From an uncultured Rhodoblastus sp. (GTDB lineage: Bacteria; Pseudomonadota; Alphaproteobacteria; Rhizobiales; Beijerinckiaceae), in the NCBI RefSeq assembly GCF_903903185.1, contig NZ_CAIUXT010000150.1, positions 27,425 through 91,424 of the forward strand: a stretch of 64,000 nucleotides of DNA, written 5' to 3'. Below, one piece after another: positions 1-9,300 of the stretch (the first letter of the stretch is position 1; each line of letters begins with the position of its first letter). Made by a program: the position numbers and the translations under genes. The notes below the pieces were generated by a model that saw nothing but the letters and a program-made list of their open reading frames with translations, searched no databases and was not told the origin of the DNA.

Positions 1-2335
1 GCCGCGTTTCCGCCTCCCGCGCGAAAGCCTGCAAGGCGGCGCGGGTTTCCGCCGCCTCGGCGCGGTCGAGCGCGTTTCTGGCGCGAAAGGCGTCGCGCTC
101 ACCCAGCAGGGTCGCCGGTTCGGCGAGTTCGTCTAGCGCCGCTTGCGCTTCGATCAGCCGCTCCCGCGCCTCGTCGGCCAATTCGCCGGTTCTGTTGCGC
201 GCGTCCTGCAAACTGGCGAGACGCGACAGCGCCTGCGCCTGCCGGCGTTCGGCGGCGCCGGCGGCCTCGCGCGCTTCGGTCATGGCCTTTTGCGTCAGCC
301 GCGCCTGCTGGCGGGCGCGCTGGTCGGCCTCGGCCGCTGCCGCCGCCGCCGCCCGCGCCGCCTCCACCCTGGCCTCGACCATTTCGACGGCGGCGCGCGC
401 CTGCCGCGCCTCGATTTCGAGATCGCCGAGCCGGTTCTTTTCGGCAAGACGGCGGGCGCTGGCGGTTGGCGCCTCGGCGCCCTGGGTGAAGCCGTCCCAG
501 CGCCACAGATCGCCTTCGACCGAGACCAGACGCTGGCCGGTCTTCAGATGCTGGCGCAGCGCCGCGCCTTTTTCGCGGGAGACCACGCCGATCTGGGCCA
601 GACGGCGAAAAAGCGCGGGCGGGGCCTCAACCCATTTGGTCAGGGCCTTCGCGCCGCGAGGCAGGGCGGGATCGCCGGCGCTCTGGGTGATGGTCCAATG
701 GACGGGAGCGTTGTCGTCGTCGGAGGCGTCGAGGTCCTCGCCGAGCGCCACGCCCAGCGCCGCCTCATAGCCCTTGGCGACGACGATTTGTTCCAGAACC
801 GCCGGCCATTTGCCGTCGCCGCCCGATTGCAGCAATTTGCGCAGGGTCGCCGCCTCGGTCTCCAGCTTTTGCGCCTTGCGCTCGGCCTCGGCCAGCGGGC
901 CGCGCAAAAAAGCCTCCTCGTCGCGGGCCAGCGCCAGCGCGGTTTCGGCTTCGAGCGCCTGTTCTTCGGCGCTCGCCGCCGCGTCGAGCAAGCGCTCGGC
1001 CTCGGCGAGGCTTTCGCTCAAATCCGCATCCTGTTCGGCGTCGGCGCGAAGCTGTTCGATCTCCGCGTCGAGTCCTGCCCGTTCGGACTGAAAACGCGCA
1101 AACGCCTGTTGCTGGCGCCGCGCCGTCTCGGCGAGGGCGCCGCGCTGCGCCTCGGCATTGGCGCAGGCGTCCTGCGCCTGTTCGAGCGCCCGCTCGGAAT
1201 TTTTGAGTTTTTCCTCGGCCTGCTCGCATTTGAGCCGGGCTTCCTCGGCGAGATCGGCCTCGCCCTCGCCGCTGAAAGCCAGATCTTCGTCTTCCGACTC
1301 CAGCCGCTCCAGCGCCGAGGCGGAATCCTCATAATGGGCGCGTTCGCGCAAAATATCGGCGGAAAGCTGGCTTATGCGGCGCTCAAGCTCGGTTTTGCGC
1401 TCGCCGGCGCGCTTTTCCTCGCCGTCGAGCGCCTCGCGGGCGAGGACCAGCCTTTGCAGGGCGGCGCCGGCCTGCGATTCGGCCTCGCGCAAGCCGGGCA
1501 GGGCATGGGCGGCCAGCGCCTGCGTCCGCGCGGCCTCGGCCTGCAAACGGGTGCGCTCGGCGACATCGAGCAGATTGGCCTCGAACTGGCCTTGCGCCTC
1601 CTCGGCTTCAAGTGTCGCCGCGCGAAAGGCGATCAGCGCGATCAATGCCTCATGGCGGCGGATTTCGGCGGCCAGCGTGCGATAGCGGGCGGCCTGTCGC
1701 GCTTGCCGGCGCAAGCCTTCCGCCTGGGCGCCGATCTGCTGCAACACGTCTTCGAGGCGCACAAGATTGTCCTCGGCGGCCTTCAAGCGCAATTCGGCCT
1801 CGTGGCGGCGCGAATGCAGCCCGCCAATGCCGGCGGCTTCTTCCAGAATGCGGCGGCGCTGCTGCGGTTTGGCGGCGATGATCTCGCCGATCTGGCCCTG
1901 CCTCACCATTGCCGGCGAGCGGGCGCCGGAGGAGGCGTCGGCGAACAGCAATTGCACGTCGCGGGCGCGCACTTCCTTGCCATTGACGCGATAGGTCGAG
2001 CCTTCCTCGCGCTCGATGCGGCGGGTGATTTCGAGAATGTCGGAATCGTTGAAAGCGGCGGGCGCGGCGCGGCGCGAATTATCGAGCACCAGCCCGACTT
2101 CGGCGTGATTGCGCGCCGGACGCGAGCCCGAACCGGAGAAGATGACGTCGTCCATGCCGGCGCCGCGCATCTGCTTGTAGGAACTCTCGCCCATCACCCA
2201 GCGCAGGGCCTCGACGAGATTGGATTTGCCGCAGCCGTTCGGCCCCACCACGCCGGTCAATCCGGGCTGGATGGCGAAATCCGTCGGCTCCACGAAACTC
2301 TTGAAGCCGGTCAATCGCAGTCTGTCGAATTTCAT
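1..2335 (-). CDS. smc: Chromosome segregation protein SMC, N-terminal ~778 codons (3' end lies beyond the left edge)
   Basis: Reverse-strand ATG (CAT at 2333..2335) opens MKFDRLRLTGFKSFVEPTDFAIQPGLTGVVGPNGCGKSNLVEALRWVMGESSYKQMRG (SMC head, Walker A GPNGCGKSN). Long Ala/Glu/Arg/Leu coiled-coil follows. The frame stays open to position 1, so it is absent from the closed-ORF track. ORF 143..2869(+) is its antisense shadow. Confidence 0.9.
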   Translation of the reverse strand, partial: MKFDRLRLTGFKSFVEPTDFAIQPGLTGVVGPNGCGKSNLVEALRWVMGESSYKQMRGAGMDDVIFSGSGSRPARNHAEVGLVLDNSRRAAPAAFNDSDILEITRRIEREEGSTYRVNGKEVRARDVQLLFADASSGARSPAMVRQGQIGEIIAAKPQQRRRILEEAAGIGGLHSRRHEAELRLKAAEDNLVRLEDVLQQIGAQAEGLRRQARQAARYRTLAAEIRRHEALIALIAFRAATLEAEEAQGQFEANLLDVAERTRLQAEAARTQALAAHALPGLREAESQAGAALQRLVLAREALDGEEKRAGERKTELERRISQLSADILRERAHYEDSASALERLESEDEDLAFSGEGEADLAEEARLKCEQAEEKLKNSERALEQAQDACANAEAQRGALAETARRQQQAFARFQSERAGLDAEIEQLRADAEQDADLSESLAEAERLLDAAASAEEQALEAETALALARDEEAFLRGPLAEAERKAQKLETEAATLRKLLQSGGDGKWPAVLEQIVVAKGYEAALGVALGEDLDASDDDNAPVHWTITQSAGDPALPRGAKALTKWVEAPPALFRRLAQIGVVSREKGAALRQHLKTGQRLVSVEGDLWRWDGFTQGAEAPTASARRLAEKNRLGDLEIEARQARAAVEMVEARVEAARAAAAAAAEADQRARQQARLTQKAMTEAREAAGAAERRQAQALSRLASLQDARNRTGELADEARERLIEAQAALDELAEPATLLGERDAFRARNALDRAEAAETRAALQAFAREAETR

Positions 2336-2441
2336 TGCGTCTGGTTCAGCGCCCCCGGTCCAAGATTGAATCAAGGGGGCAAGAGCGCCGCCGAATCAAG
2401 CGAAACCGGCGCGAAAGTTGGGGAAAAGAGCGGGCCTCTTG

Positions 2442-2592
2442 CCTTCTCCCCTTGCGGAAGAAGGTGGAGCGAAGCGCGGGATAAGGGGTTTCCCGACGCA
2501 GACGCAACCTCGCCGGTGAGGTTCGTTTCCGCGCCGACGAACCCCTCATCCGTCTCGCTCCGCGAGCCACCTTCTCCCGCAAGGGGAGAAGG
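2442..2592. repeat. Inverted pair of ~50-bp hairpin repeat units (REP/MITE-like intergenic element)
   Basis: Unit CCTTCTCCCCTTGCGGAAGAAGGTGGAGCGAAGCGCGGGATAAGGGGTT at 2442..2490 and its reverse complement at 2540..2592. Each unit carries the hairpin TTCTCCC-N5-GGGAGAA. The same unit recurs at 3986..4130 and 4551..4598. It generates spurious ORFs reading ...SPLAGEGG... / ...PSPARGEG... Confidence 0.85.
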
Positions 2593-2998
2593 GAAGGGCG
2601 CCTCACGCCTCTGCCGGCTCCGGCGGCCTCCACCGCAGCGCCGGCTTTCGCGCCGCCGCGGCCTTGCCCATGCGGGAAGGCTCGACCGCGGAAAAAATCC
2701 CGAAAACCGTCCATGCCAGCCAACCCAAGCCATTGCCAGAGACTCCGGCCGAATCCAGATCGCGCCGACGCGCAACAAGATTCCGCAGGCTATTCCCCAG
2801 GCGGCGGCGCATAGCCCTCTTGATGATACCTGGAGCTTGTGCGGTAATATGAATGCCAGCGGCGATTAATTCAAACCCAATAGAATCTGGAACGCTTTGT
2901 TTTTGCGAGGTCTCTGCGAAAAGCGGGCGCCCGGTTTCTCACACATTCTTCTATTGTCCATTTAACCATGGTCGCCGGTAAAGCTGCGGGAGTTCAAC

Positions 2999-3499
2999 AT
3001 GAGCTTGAAGAAACCCCTCATCGTCGGCGTTTTGCTCGCGTCCACGTTCGCCGCGTCGTCGGCGTTGGCCGCTGTCTTCCAACTCGGCGTCCTGCCGACG
3101 CCGAACGCCGCCTTGAACCCTCCCTATACCACCAATCCTAATCCTGCTGGCGCCGTATTTGCGCCGAACACCTTCACCTTCACCGAGGGCTCGCCAGCCT
3201 ATCCAATCTATGATTTCAGTCTTTCGAGCTTTATCAAAATCCCGCGTGGAAACATCCTCGACTATTCCAGCGGCCAACTCGAAATTTTCAGCGGCGCGCC
3301 CGGCTCCGGGACCCTGCTCTATTCGGCGTTTTATGAAAAATCCGCCCAGAAGAACTGGGTTGCCGAGATCGTTTCGGTCCCGCTTGCTCCCGGCGACTAT
3401 TACTTCTTGTCCACTCAGAATGGCGGCGCGGGCGCGAAAGATCTCAATTTTGCATATATTCTAGCCAACCAGTCTGCCGTTCCGGAAGCGTCCACCTAG
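2999..3499 (+). CDS. Secreted PEP-CTERM-family protein, truncated by an in-frame TAG inside the PEP-CTERM sorting signal
   Basis: N-terminal signal peptide MSLKKPLIVGVLLASTFAASSALA. The ORF ends ...SAVPEAST-TAG. The same frame continues ALMMVGMAGLGLAGYRRRAAVTA-TAA to 3571, i.e. VPExSTW + hydrophobic helix + RRR with the Trp codon replaced by TAG. Confidence 0.75.
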   Translation: MSLKKPLIVGVLLASTFAASSALAAVFQLGVLPTPNAALNPPYTTNPNPAGAVFAPNTFTFTEGSPAYPIYDFSLSSFIKIPRGNILDYSSGQLEIFSGAPGSGTLLYSAFYEKSAQKNWVAEIVSVPLAPGDYYFLSTQNGGAGAKDLNFAYILANQSAVPEAST

Positions 3500-3596
3500 G
3501 CGCTGATGATGGTCGGAATGGCGGGCCTCGGCCTCGCCGGCTATCGCCGCCGCGCCGCCGTCACCGCGTAATCGGCGACGGAGGTTTTTTGTCGGA

Positions 3597-3965
3597 TTGA
3601 CCGCCTATCTGGCCGATCGCCGCCTTCAACAGCGACGAAACCCGAAGGCGCATCGGGCGCTTGAATCCACTCGGCGAGCCGCCTGTGGGACTGTGGACAA
3701 GGCAAGAGCCTTGACGACAGCCGACGAAGATAGAGCCGCTCACGCGCCCGGCGTCATTTTACCGCCCGCCGATCCAATTGGGACGTTGGACCTGAAAAAA
3801 TCGCGCGATTTTACGGCGGCGGCGGCTTTCAACAAATTGCTGGAAGTCGCGGAGAAGGGTGACAAGGTTGCCAATGGCCTTGCAGGTTGGGGAAAGGTCC
3901 TTCACGAACTGAAAGACCAATCTGCCCCGATTGTCGATTGGCTCTGGCGGCAACTTGGCAATTAG
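3597..3965 (+). CDS. Hypothetical small protein (weak call; only the C-terminal ~60 codons look protein-like)
   Basis: ORF track entry. The C-terminal part reads LDLKKSRDFTAAAAFNKLLEVAEKGDKVANGLAGWGKVLHELKDQSAPIVDWLWRQLGN. The N-terminal part is Arg-rich and unconvincing. It overlaps the read-through tail of the DUF559 ORF on the other strand. Confidence 0.25.
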   Translation: MTAYLADRRLQQRRNPKAHRALESTRRAACGTVDKARALTTADEDRAAHAPGVILPPADPIGTLDLKKSRDFTAAAAFNKLLEVAEKGDKVANGLAGWGKVLHELKDQSAPIVDWLWRQLGN

Positions 3966-4515
3966 ACGAATCTCGCCGCCGCTTCCCTTCTCCCCTTGCG
4001 GGAGAAGGTGGCGCGAAGCGCCGGATGAGGGGTTCTCGCCGCCACGTCAATCCTGCATTTGCTGATGAATTTAAACCCCTTATCCGTCTCGACGCCCTAT
4101 GGGTGAGCCAACTTCTCCCGCAAGGGGAGGACGGAGAGGCCACCCTGCCGCAAAAGTCTCTCCACGGCATTCCGCAGCGAGCCAGTATCGTCTCCTCGAT
4201 CATGCGAGGGGTGGTCAGAATATCGTTGTTCCAGAAACGCAGGACGGTAAAACCGTGAGCGCCGAGAAAGGCGTCGCGCTTTTCGTCGCGGATATTTTCC
4301 GCGTGCTGGGAGCCATCGGCTTCGACGATCAGGCGATGCTCGAAACATACAAAATCGGCAACATAGGGAGGGATTGGCGCCTGCCGCCGAAACTTGAGCA
4401 TGGACAGGCGGCGATTGCGCAAGATGCGCCAAAGCGCGGCCTCGGCTTCGGTCGGCTGGCGCCGCATGGATTTTGCCAGCTCGCGCGTTCGAGGAGGGAT
4501 TTGATGTTGCGGCAT
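3829..4515 (-). CDS. DUF559 (Vsr-like endonuclease fold) domain protein; conserved core about 4150..4515, C-terminus reads through the repeat element
   Basis: CAT at 4513..4515 gives MPQHQIPPRTRELAKSMRRQPTEAEAALWRILRNRRLSMLKFRRQAPIPPYVADFVCFEHRLIVEADGSQHAENIRDEKRDAFLGAHGFTVLRFWNNDIL..., the typical DUF559 pattern. There is no stop until 3829, so the tail is repeat-derived low-complexity sequence. Confidence 0.65.
   Translation of the reverse strand: MPQHQIPPRTRELAKSMRRQPTEAEAALWRILRNRRLSMLKFRRQAPIPPYVADFVCFEHRLIVEADGSQHAENIRDEKRDAFLGAHGFTVLRFWNNDILTTPRMIEETILARCGMPWRDFCGRVASPSSPCGRSWLTHRASRRIRGLNSSANAGLTWRREPLIRRFAPPSPARGEGKRRRDSSNCQVAARANRQSGQIGLSVREGPFPNLQGHWQPCHPSPRLPAIC
3986..4130. repeat. 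Inverted pair of the same ~50-bp hairpin repeat units
   Basis: CCTTCTCCCCTTGCGGGAGAAGGTGGCGCGAAGCGCCGGATGAGGGGTT at 3986..4034 and an inverted, more diverged copy at 4074..4130. Lies immediately 3' of the DUF559 core. Confidence 0.85.
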
Positions 4516-4550
4516 GTTGCCTCCCTCGTCGTCGCGCTCTCGCGGCTGGC

Positions 4551-4598
4551 GACCCCTCATCCGGCCCTTCGGGCCACCTTCTCCCGCAAGGGGAGAAG
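4551..4598. repeat. Single copy of the hairpin repeat unit (reverse orientation)
   Basis: ACCCCTCATCCGGCCCTTCGGGCCACCTTCTCCCGCAAGGGGAGAAGG lies between the gcvPB stop and the DUF559 start. Confidence 0.8.
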
Positions 4599-4610
4599 GG
4601 AGGCCCCGCC

Positions 4611-6161
4611 TCACTCCTCCACCGGCTCCGGCTTCCTCCACCGCAGCACCGGCTTCCTCGCTGCCGCCGTCTCGTCGAGCCGGCGGCGCGGCGCATAGAA
4701 CGGCGCGCCGAGAAAACGCTCCGTCTCGCCGCGCAGCGCCCGCATTGCGAGATCGCGCATTGTGGCCAAAAATAATTCCAGCGAGACGCGGGATTCCGAT
4801 TCGGTCGGCTCGATCAGCATCGCGCCATGCACGACCAGCGGGAAATAAATGGTCATCGGATGAAATCCCTCGTCGATCATCGCCTTGGCGAAATCGAGCG
4901 TGGTCAGGCCGCTGTCCTTGAGCCACGTATCGTCGAACAGAGCTTCATGCATGCACGGACGGTCGCCGAAAGGCGCCGACATCAGGTCGGACAGGCCGAC
5001 GCGCAGGTAATTGGCGGCGAGAACCGCGTCTTCCGAGGCCTTGGCCAGCCCGTCGGCGCCATGGGAGAGAATATAGGCCAGCGCCCGCACGAACATCCCC
5101 ATCTGGCCATGAAAAGCGGTCATGCGCCCAAATGCCTGCGTTCCCGCGACATGTTCGACCAGCCCCAGTTTGTCGCCGTCGCGGCGCAGAAACGGAACCG
5201 GCGCGAAGGCCGCGAGGCGCTCGGACAGCACCACCGGCCCGGCGCCGGGACCGCCGCCGCCATGGGGCGTCGAAAACGTCTTGTGCAGATTGATATGCAT
5301 GGCGTCGATGCCGAGATCGCCGGGCCGCACCTTGCCGACAATGGCGTTGAAATTGGCGCCGTCGCAGTAGAAATAAGCGCCGGCCTCATGGACCAGCCGG
5401 GCGATTTCGACAATGTCGCGCTCGAACAGTCCGCAGGTGTTGGGATTGGTCAGCATGATCGCGGCGACATCGGGGCCAAGCGCCGCCTTGACCGCGTCGG
5501 GATGCACCAGACCGTCCGGCCCGGCGGGAACGGCGCGCACCGAAAAGCCGAGCGCGGCGGCGGTCGCCGGATTGGTGCCATGGGCCGATTCCGGCGCCAG
5601 CACGATTTTTCGCGTCGCCGCCTCGCCCTTGGCGGCAATGGCCGCCTTGATCGCCATCATGCCGCACATTTCGCCATGCGCGCCCGCCTTGGGCGACATG
5701 GCCACGGCCTTCATGTTGGTCAGCGCCAGCAGCCAGCCGGACAGTTCCTCGATCAGCTCCAGCGCGCCCTGCACGGTCGAGACCGGCTGCAACGGATGAA
5801 TGTCGCCAAAGCCCGGCAGCCGCGCCATTTTCTCGTTGAGGCGCGGATTATGTTTCATCGTGCAGGAGCCGAGCGGATAAAGCCCGGCGTCGATGGCGTA
5901 ATTTTTTTGCGACAGGCGCACATAATGGCGCATCGTCTCCGGCTCGCTGAGGCCCGGCAGCCCCAGTTCGCTCTGGCGCTCCAGCCCGCCAAGGCGCGGC
6001 GTGAAAGGGGCCGGCGCGTCGAGATCGACGCCGGTAAAATCCTCGCGCCCGGTCTCGAAAATCAGCGCCTCGTTGATTTGCAGCGCGCGATTGGCGGTAA
6101 AGGTCTCCGGCGCCTCGCGGGTGACGAAATGCGCCTGGGTGGGGCGGCCGAGCTGGTTCAT
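4611..6161 (-). CDS. gcvPB: Glycine dehydrogenase (decarboxylating), subunit 2
   Basis: 516-aa ORF with ...[13 protein letters not shown]... and the PLP-lysine region [25 protein letters not shown] overlap with the upstream subunit-1 gene. Confidence 0.93.
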   Translation of the reverse strand: MNQLGRPTQAHFVTREAPETFTANRALQINEALIFETGREDFTGVDLDAPAPFTPRLGGLERQSELGLPGLSEPETMRHYVRLSQKNYAIDAGLYPLGSCTMKHNPRLNEKMARLPGFGDIHPLQPVSTVQGALELIEELSGWLLALTNMKAVAMSPKAGAHGEMCGMMAIKAAIAAKGEAATRKIVLAPESAHGTNPATAAALGFSVRAVPAGPDGLVHPDAVKAALGPDVAAIMLTNPNTCGLFERDIVEIARLVHEAGAYFYCDGANFNAIVGKVRPGDLGIDAMHINLHKTFSTPHGGGGPGAGPVVLSERLAAFAPVPFLRRDGDKLGLVEHVAGTQAFGRMTAFHGQMGMFVRALAYILSHGADGLAKASEDAVLAANYLRVGLSDLMSAPFGDRPCMHEALFDDTWLKDSGLTTLDFAKAMIDEGFHPMTIYFPLVVHGAMLIEPTESESRVSLELFLATMRDLAMRALRGETERFLGAPFYAPRRRLDETAAARKPVLRWRKPEPVEE

Positions 6162-7504
6162 TGCTGCATTCCCCGGTCGAGCGCGGCCAGAAAGGCGGCG
6201 CGGTCCGCGTCGGTGTTGATTTCGCTGGAAGCGACCAGCAGCAGGTCGTCGAGACCGGCGCCGGGCAGCAGCCGCGATACCGGCACGCCGCCCAATACGC
6301 CTTGCGCCGCCATGGCCTCGACCAGCGCCGCCGCGTCGCCTTTCACCCGCAGGGTGAATTCGTTGAAGAAGCTGCGGTTGAGCACTTCGACGTCGCCGCG
6401 TTTTTCCAGAGCCTCGGCCAAAGCCACGGCATGGGCGTGATTGATCAGCGCCAGTTGTTTGAGCCCGGTCGCGCCGAGCATGGATAGGTGGATCGAAAAG
6501 GCCAGGGCGCAGAGGCCGGAATTGGTGCAGATGTTGGAGGTCGCCTTCTCGCGGCGGATATGCTGTTCGCGCGTCGATAAGGTCAGAACGAAGCCGCGCC
6601 TTCCTTCCGCATCGAGGGTCTGGCCGCAGAGCCGGCCCGGCGTCTGGCGCAGGAATTTTTCGCGGGTGGCGAACAGGCCGACATAGGGGCCGCCGAAATT
6701 AAGGCCGTTGCCGATCGACTGGCCCTCGCCGACGACAATATCCGCGCCCATCGCGCCGGGCGATTCAATCAGCCCGAGCGACACGACTTCCGTGACCACG
6801 GCGACGAGCAGGATGCCCTTTTTATGGCACGCCTCGGCGAGCGGGCGCAGGTCGCGCAGATGGCCGAAGAAATCCGGGTTCTGCACCACGAGGCAGGACA
6901 GGCTGTCGTCGAGCGCCCCGATCAGGTCTTCCGCGCCCGAAGGGTCGGGCGGCAGCAGGACAATCTCGTCCTCGGCCATGTCCGACAGGGTCCGCGCGGT
7001 TTCCGCGTAATGCGGGTGCAGCCCCCCGGAAAGCAGCGCCTTGCGGCGCCGGGTCACGCGATGGGCCATCAATATGGCCTCGGCGGTCGCGGTCGAGCCG
7101 TCGTACATCGAGGCGTTGGCGACTTCCATGCCGGTCAGATTGGCGACCTGGGTCTGGAATTCGAACAACACCTGCAGGGTGCCCTGCGAAATTTCCGGCT
7201 GATAAGGCGTGTAGCTGGTCAGGAATTCCGAACGCTGAATCAGGTGATCGACGCTGGCCGGCACATGATGCTTGTAGGCGCCGGCGCCGACGAAAAACGG
7301 TTTGGCGCCCGCCGCGACATTTTTGGCGGAAAGGGCCGACAGGCGGCGCTCGACCTCGATTTCGCTTCGGCGGCGCGGCAGGTCGAGCGGGGTCTTGAGC
7401 AGAACGTCTTGCGGCGCGTCGGCGTAGAGATCGTCAATGGTCTCGACGCCGATGCGCGCCAGCATGTCGGCGCGATCGTCGGAACTGAGCGGCAGATAGC
7501 GCAT
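6158..7504 (-). CDS. gcvPA: Glycine dehydrogenase (decarboxylating), subunit 1
   Basis: 448-aa [30 protein letters not shown]...[41 protein letters not shown]. Typical split P-protein N-terminal subunit, translationally coupled to gcvPB. Confidence 0.93.
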   Translation of the reverse strand: MRYLPLSSDDRADMLARIGVETIDDLYADAPQDVLLKTPLDLPRRRSEIEVERRLSALSAKNVAAGAKPFFVGAGAYKHHVPASVDHLIQRSEFLTSYTPYQPEISQGTLQVLFEFQTQVANLTGMEVANASMYDGSTATAEAILMAHRVTRRRKALLSGGLHPHYAETARTLSDMAEDEIVLLPPDPSGAEDLIGALDDSLSCLVVQNPDFFGHLRDLRPLAEACHKKGILLVAVVTEVVSLGLIESPGAMGADIVVGEGQSIGNGLNFGGPYVGLFATREKFLRQTPGRLCGQTLDAEGRRGFVLTLSTREQHIRREKATSNICTNSGLCALAFSIHLSMLGATGLKQLALINHAHAVALAEALEKRGDVEVLNRSFFNEFTLRVKGDAAALVEAMAAQGVLGGVPVSRLLPGAGLDDLLLVASSEINTDADRAAFLAALDRGMQQ

Positions 7505-7612
7505 CGGCGGTCCTCTTTATCGATGTTCGGTGGCCACGCCGAATCGTGGCCAGCGAGCCCTTGGCGTTCGCCCTCGAAATTCATACGCAGGCAATCGCCT
7601 GCGGGAGCGGAT

Positions 7613-8281
7613 TTATTTGAAATAGGGCGCGAGAACCTCATCGAGCGCTTCCGGCGGAATCTCGCCCGGCTTCTTGTCGCCGTTGATGAAGAAGGTCGGC
7701 GTGGAGTTGATGCCGAATTTCTGCGCCGCCACATCGCGGACCGCATTGACCTTTTCGAACAGCGCCTGATCGTTGAGGCAGGCTTCGAAGGCGGCCGGAC
7801 CCATTCCGGTCTGCTTGATCGTGTCGCGCAGGCCCTCCAGCGGATTATTGACGAAGGCCCAGTTTTTCTGCTGCTGGAACAGAAGCTCGACCATGGCCTC
7901 GCGCTTGTCGCCCGAACAGCGCGCCAGCATGGCGCCGGCGGCGGCGAGCGGATCAAGCGGGAATTCGCGCAGGGCGAAGCGCACCTTGCCGGTGTCGATA
8001 TATTTGGCTTTCAGAGCCGGAAAGGTGCGGACGTTGAAATCGGCGCAATGGCTGCACGTCATCGAGGCATATTCGATGATGGTGACCGGCGCTTTGGGGT
8101 CGCCGAGCCAGACATCGGGCAGGGCGGGCTCGGCCAGCAGCAGGTCGAGCGGCGTCTTTGCGGCGGGCGCGGCCTTCGGCGCGCCCTGCGCCAGCGCCTG
8201 AAAAGAGGCCCCGGCCAGGGCCAGAGCGCCGCCAAACATCAGAAAATTTCGGCGATTGGCGCCGCGGCGGAAGGCAGACAT
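7613..8281 (-). CDS. DsbA-family thiol:disulfide oxidoreductase (periplasmic)
   Basis: Start chosen at MSAFRRGANRRNFLMFGGALALAGASFQALA (RR signal peptide; CAT at 8279..8281). Thioredoxin-fold active site ASMTCSHCADF. The longer 8413 start adds non-protein-like sequence. Confidence 0.85.
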   Translation of the reverse strand: MSAFRRGANRRNFLMFGGALALAGASFQALAQGAPKAAPAAKTPLDLLLAEPALPDVWLGDPKAPVTIIEYASMTCSHCADFNVRTFPALKAKYIDTGKVRFALREFPLDPLAAAGAMLARCSGDKREAMVELLFQQQKNWAFVNNPLEGLRDTIKQTGMGPAAFEACLNDQALFEKVNAVRDVAAQKFGINSTPTFFINGDKKPGEIPPEALDEVLAPYFK

Positions 8282-8473
8282 GGGAGCGATCCTGCGTAAG
8301 GGAGGGTTTTTTCCCTTCTTACACGCTTGTGCGCCGCACCGCAAAACGGGGAGTGGATAAGCCGGGCGCAAAGGCCGGATACCGGAATTCGGTCCCCGAA
8401 TTCCGGCAGTCATTTAACGGCGCCAGCCGCCTTGCGAGAGCCAATTCGCAGGCGAAGCTGGGCCTTGGCCCGA

Positions 8474-8638
8474 TCAAATCCTGCCAAGCACCAACAAGAC
8501 CAACAGCACGATGACGACGAGTCCAAGACCGCCGCCGCCATAGTAGCCGGTACCGTAGAAGCGGCCGCCGCCAATTCCGCTGAAACCGCCCAACAAAGCG
8601 ATTATCAGGATAACCAGAAGAATCGTACCGATCGACAT
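8474..8638 (-). CDS. DUF3309-like small Gly-rich membrane protein
   Basis: MSIGTILLVILIIALLGGFSGIGGGRFYGTGYYGGGGLGLVVIVLLVLLVLGRI: two hydrophobic helices around a Gly/Tyr loop. Start at CAT 8636..8638. Confidence 0.7.
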   Translation of the reverse strand: MSIGTILLVILIIALLGGFSGIGGGRFYGTGYYGGGGLGLVVIVLLVLLVLGRI

Positions 8639-8773
8639 TGCAGAAATCCTTTTTTCGATTGGCCGCAATCGGGCGCTGGCGCGGCAGCCGAAGCTGCGCC
8701 AGAGCCCTTCGCGCGCGGGTCGGCGTTATTCAACGCTAGGGTACCAGGCCGATTCCCGGCTTGATTCCAGCCT

Positions 8774-8950
8774 TCAACTTTCTTTGATCTTGTCTTTCAA
8801 GCCGCCGACGGCGTTTTGAACCTTGCCTTCGGTCTTTTCGGCGAGGCCCTCCGACTCCAGCTTGATATCGCCGAGCGCCTTGCCCGCCGCCTGCTTGACG
8901 GCGCCCTTGATTTCCTTCGCCAGTCCGACGATCCGATCCTTGTCAACCAT
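8774..8950 (-). CDS. csbD: CsbD-family stress-response protein (58 aa, below the ORF-track size cut-off)
   Basis: Hand translation from CAT 8948..8950: MVDKDRIVGLAKEIKGAVKQAAGKALGDIKLESEGLAEKTEGKVQNAVGGLKDKIKES-TGA (stop at 8774..8776). Classic CsbD pattern. AGGAGG lies upstream. Confidence 0.85.
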   Translation of the reverse strand: MVDKDRIVGLAKEIKGAVKQAAGKALGDIKLESEGLAEKTEGKVQNAVGGLKDKIKES

Positions 8951-9131
8951 CCGAGCCTCCTGTTGTTTTCCGCGCCCCTCGTCGGGTTCGGCGGCGCCCC
9001 CGTAACAGGAACATTATCAGGCGTTTCGACAGCCAAGGCAGGCTCGGAAACTACTCAACGCAGGCGCGGTCCGGCATCGGAATGGCGGGTATCGGAAATG
9101 AATTTCGCCCTTTTCTCGGGAGGCGCGCTGG

Positions 9132-9192
9132 CGGAATGCATGGCCATGATCGCGCAATTCGATCCAGTCCCCGAGTTCCTGCCGCTCGCCTT
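9132..9192 (+). repeat. ~60-bp non-coding direct repeat, copy A
   Basis: GGCCATGATCGCGCAATTCGATCCAGTCCCCGAGTTCCTGCCGCTCGCCTTCCACTTGAGGC is near-identical to 12073..12130, apart from a 4-nt indel and one substitution. The 4-nt indel argues against coding conservation. Confidence 0.85.
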
Positions 9193-9300
9193 CCACTTGA
9201 GGCTGCAAATTGCTGCGATCGGGGATTTGGCAAAGTTTCACCCCAACCCGCGAGTTCGCTCCGGACCTTTGCGGAAGAATGTAAGCGCGCGATTCGACGA

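Noticed and set aside
143-2869. 908-aa ORF on the + strand (longest ORF in the left part of the window)
   Set aside because: Its Ala/Gly/Arg/Leu-rich translation has no recognisable motifs. The opposite strand encodes an unmistakable SMC head domain and coiled-coil. It is a classic high-GC antisense shadow ORF.
3829-4926. Full 365-aa version of the DUF559 ORF starting at 4926
   Set aside because: The first 137 codons overlap the 3' end of gcvPB and the repeat unit. The DUF559 homology begins at the Met at 4515.
7505-7612. Possible glycine riboswitch upstream of gcvPA (gcvPA/PB here are not preceded by gcvT/gcvH)
   Set aside because: The 108-nt spacer shows two small hairpins (CGCAGGC-GATT-GCCTGCG, probably the dsbA-like terminator, and GGCCACG-ATTCGGC-GTGGCC). 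I could not find the conserved glycine-aptamer core (GGAGAG...CACCGAAGGGGCAA...CTCAGGCAA-type). An Infernal scan with the glycine riboswitch model would settle it.
4827-8299. Long + strand ORFs 4827..6440 (537 aa) and 6824..8299 (491 aa)
   Set aside because: They are antisense to gcvPB/gcvPA/dsbA-like genes, which carry clear catalytic motifs. The translations are Arg/Gly/Ala-rich low complexity.
8951-9060. EcfG/general-stress promoter (GGAAC-N16/17-CGTT) upstream of csbD
   Set aside because: Only a degenerate match is present on the reverse strand (GAAAC-N16-GTTA, top-strand 9002..9027). This is not good enough to call without a position-weight-matrix score or expression data.
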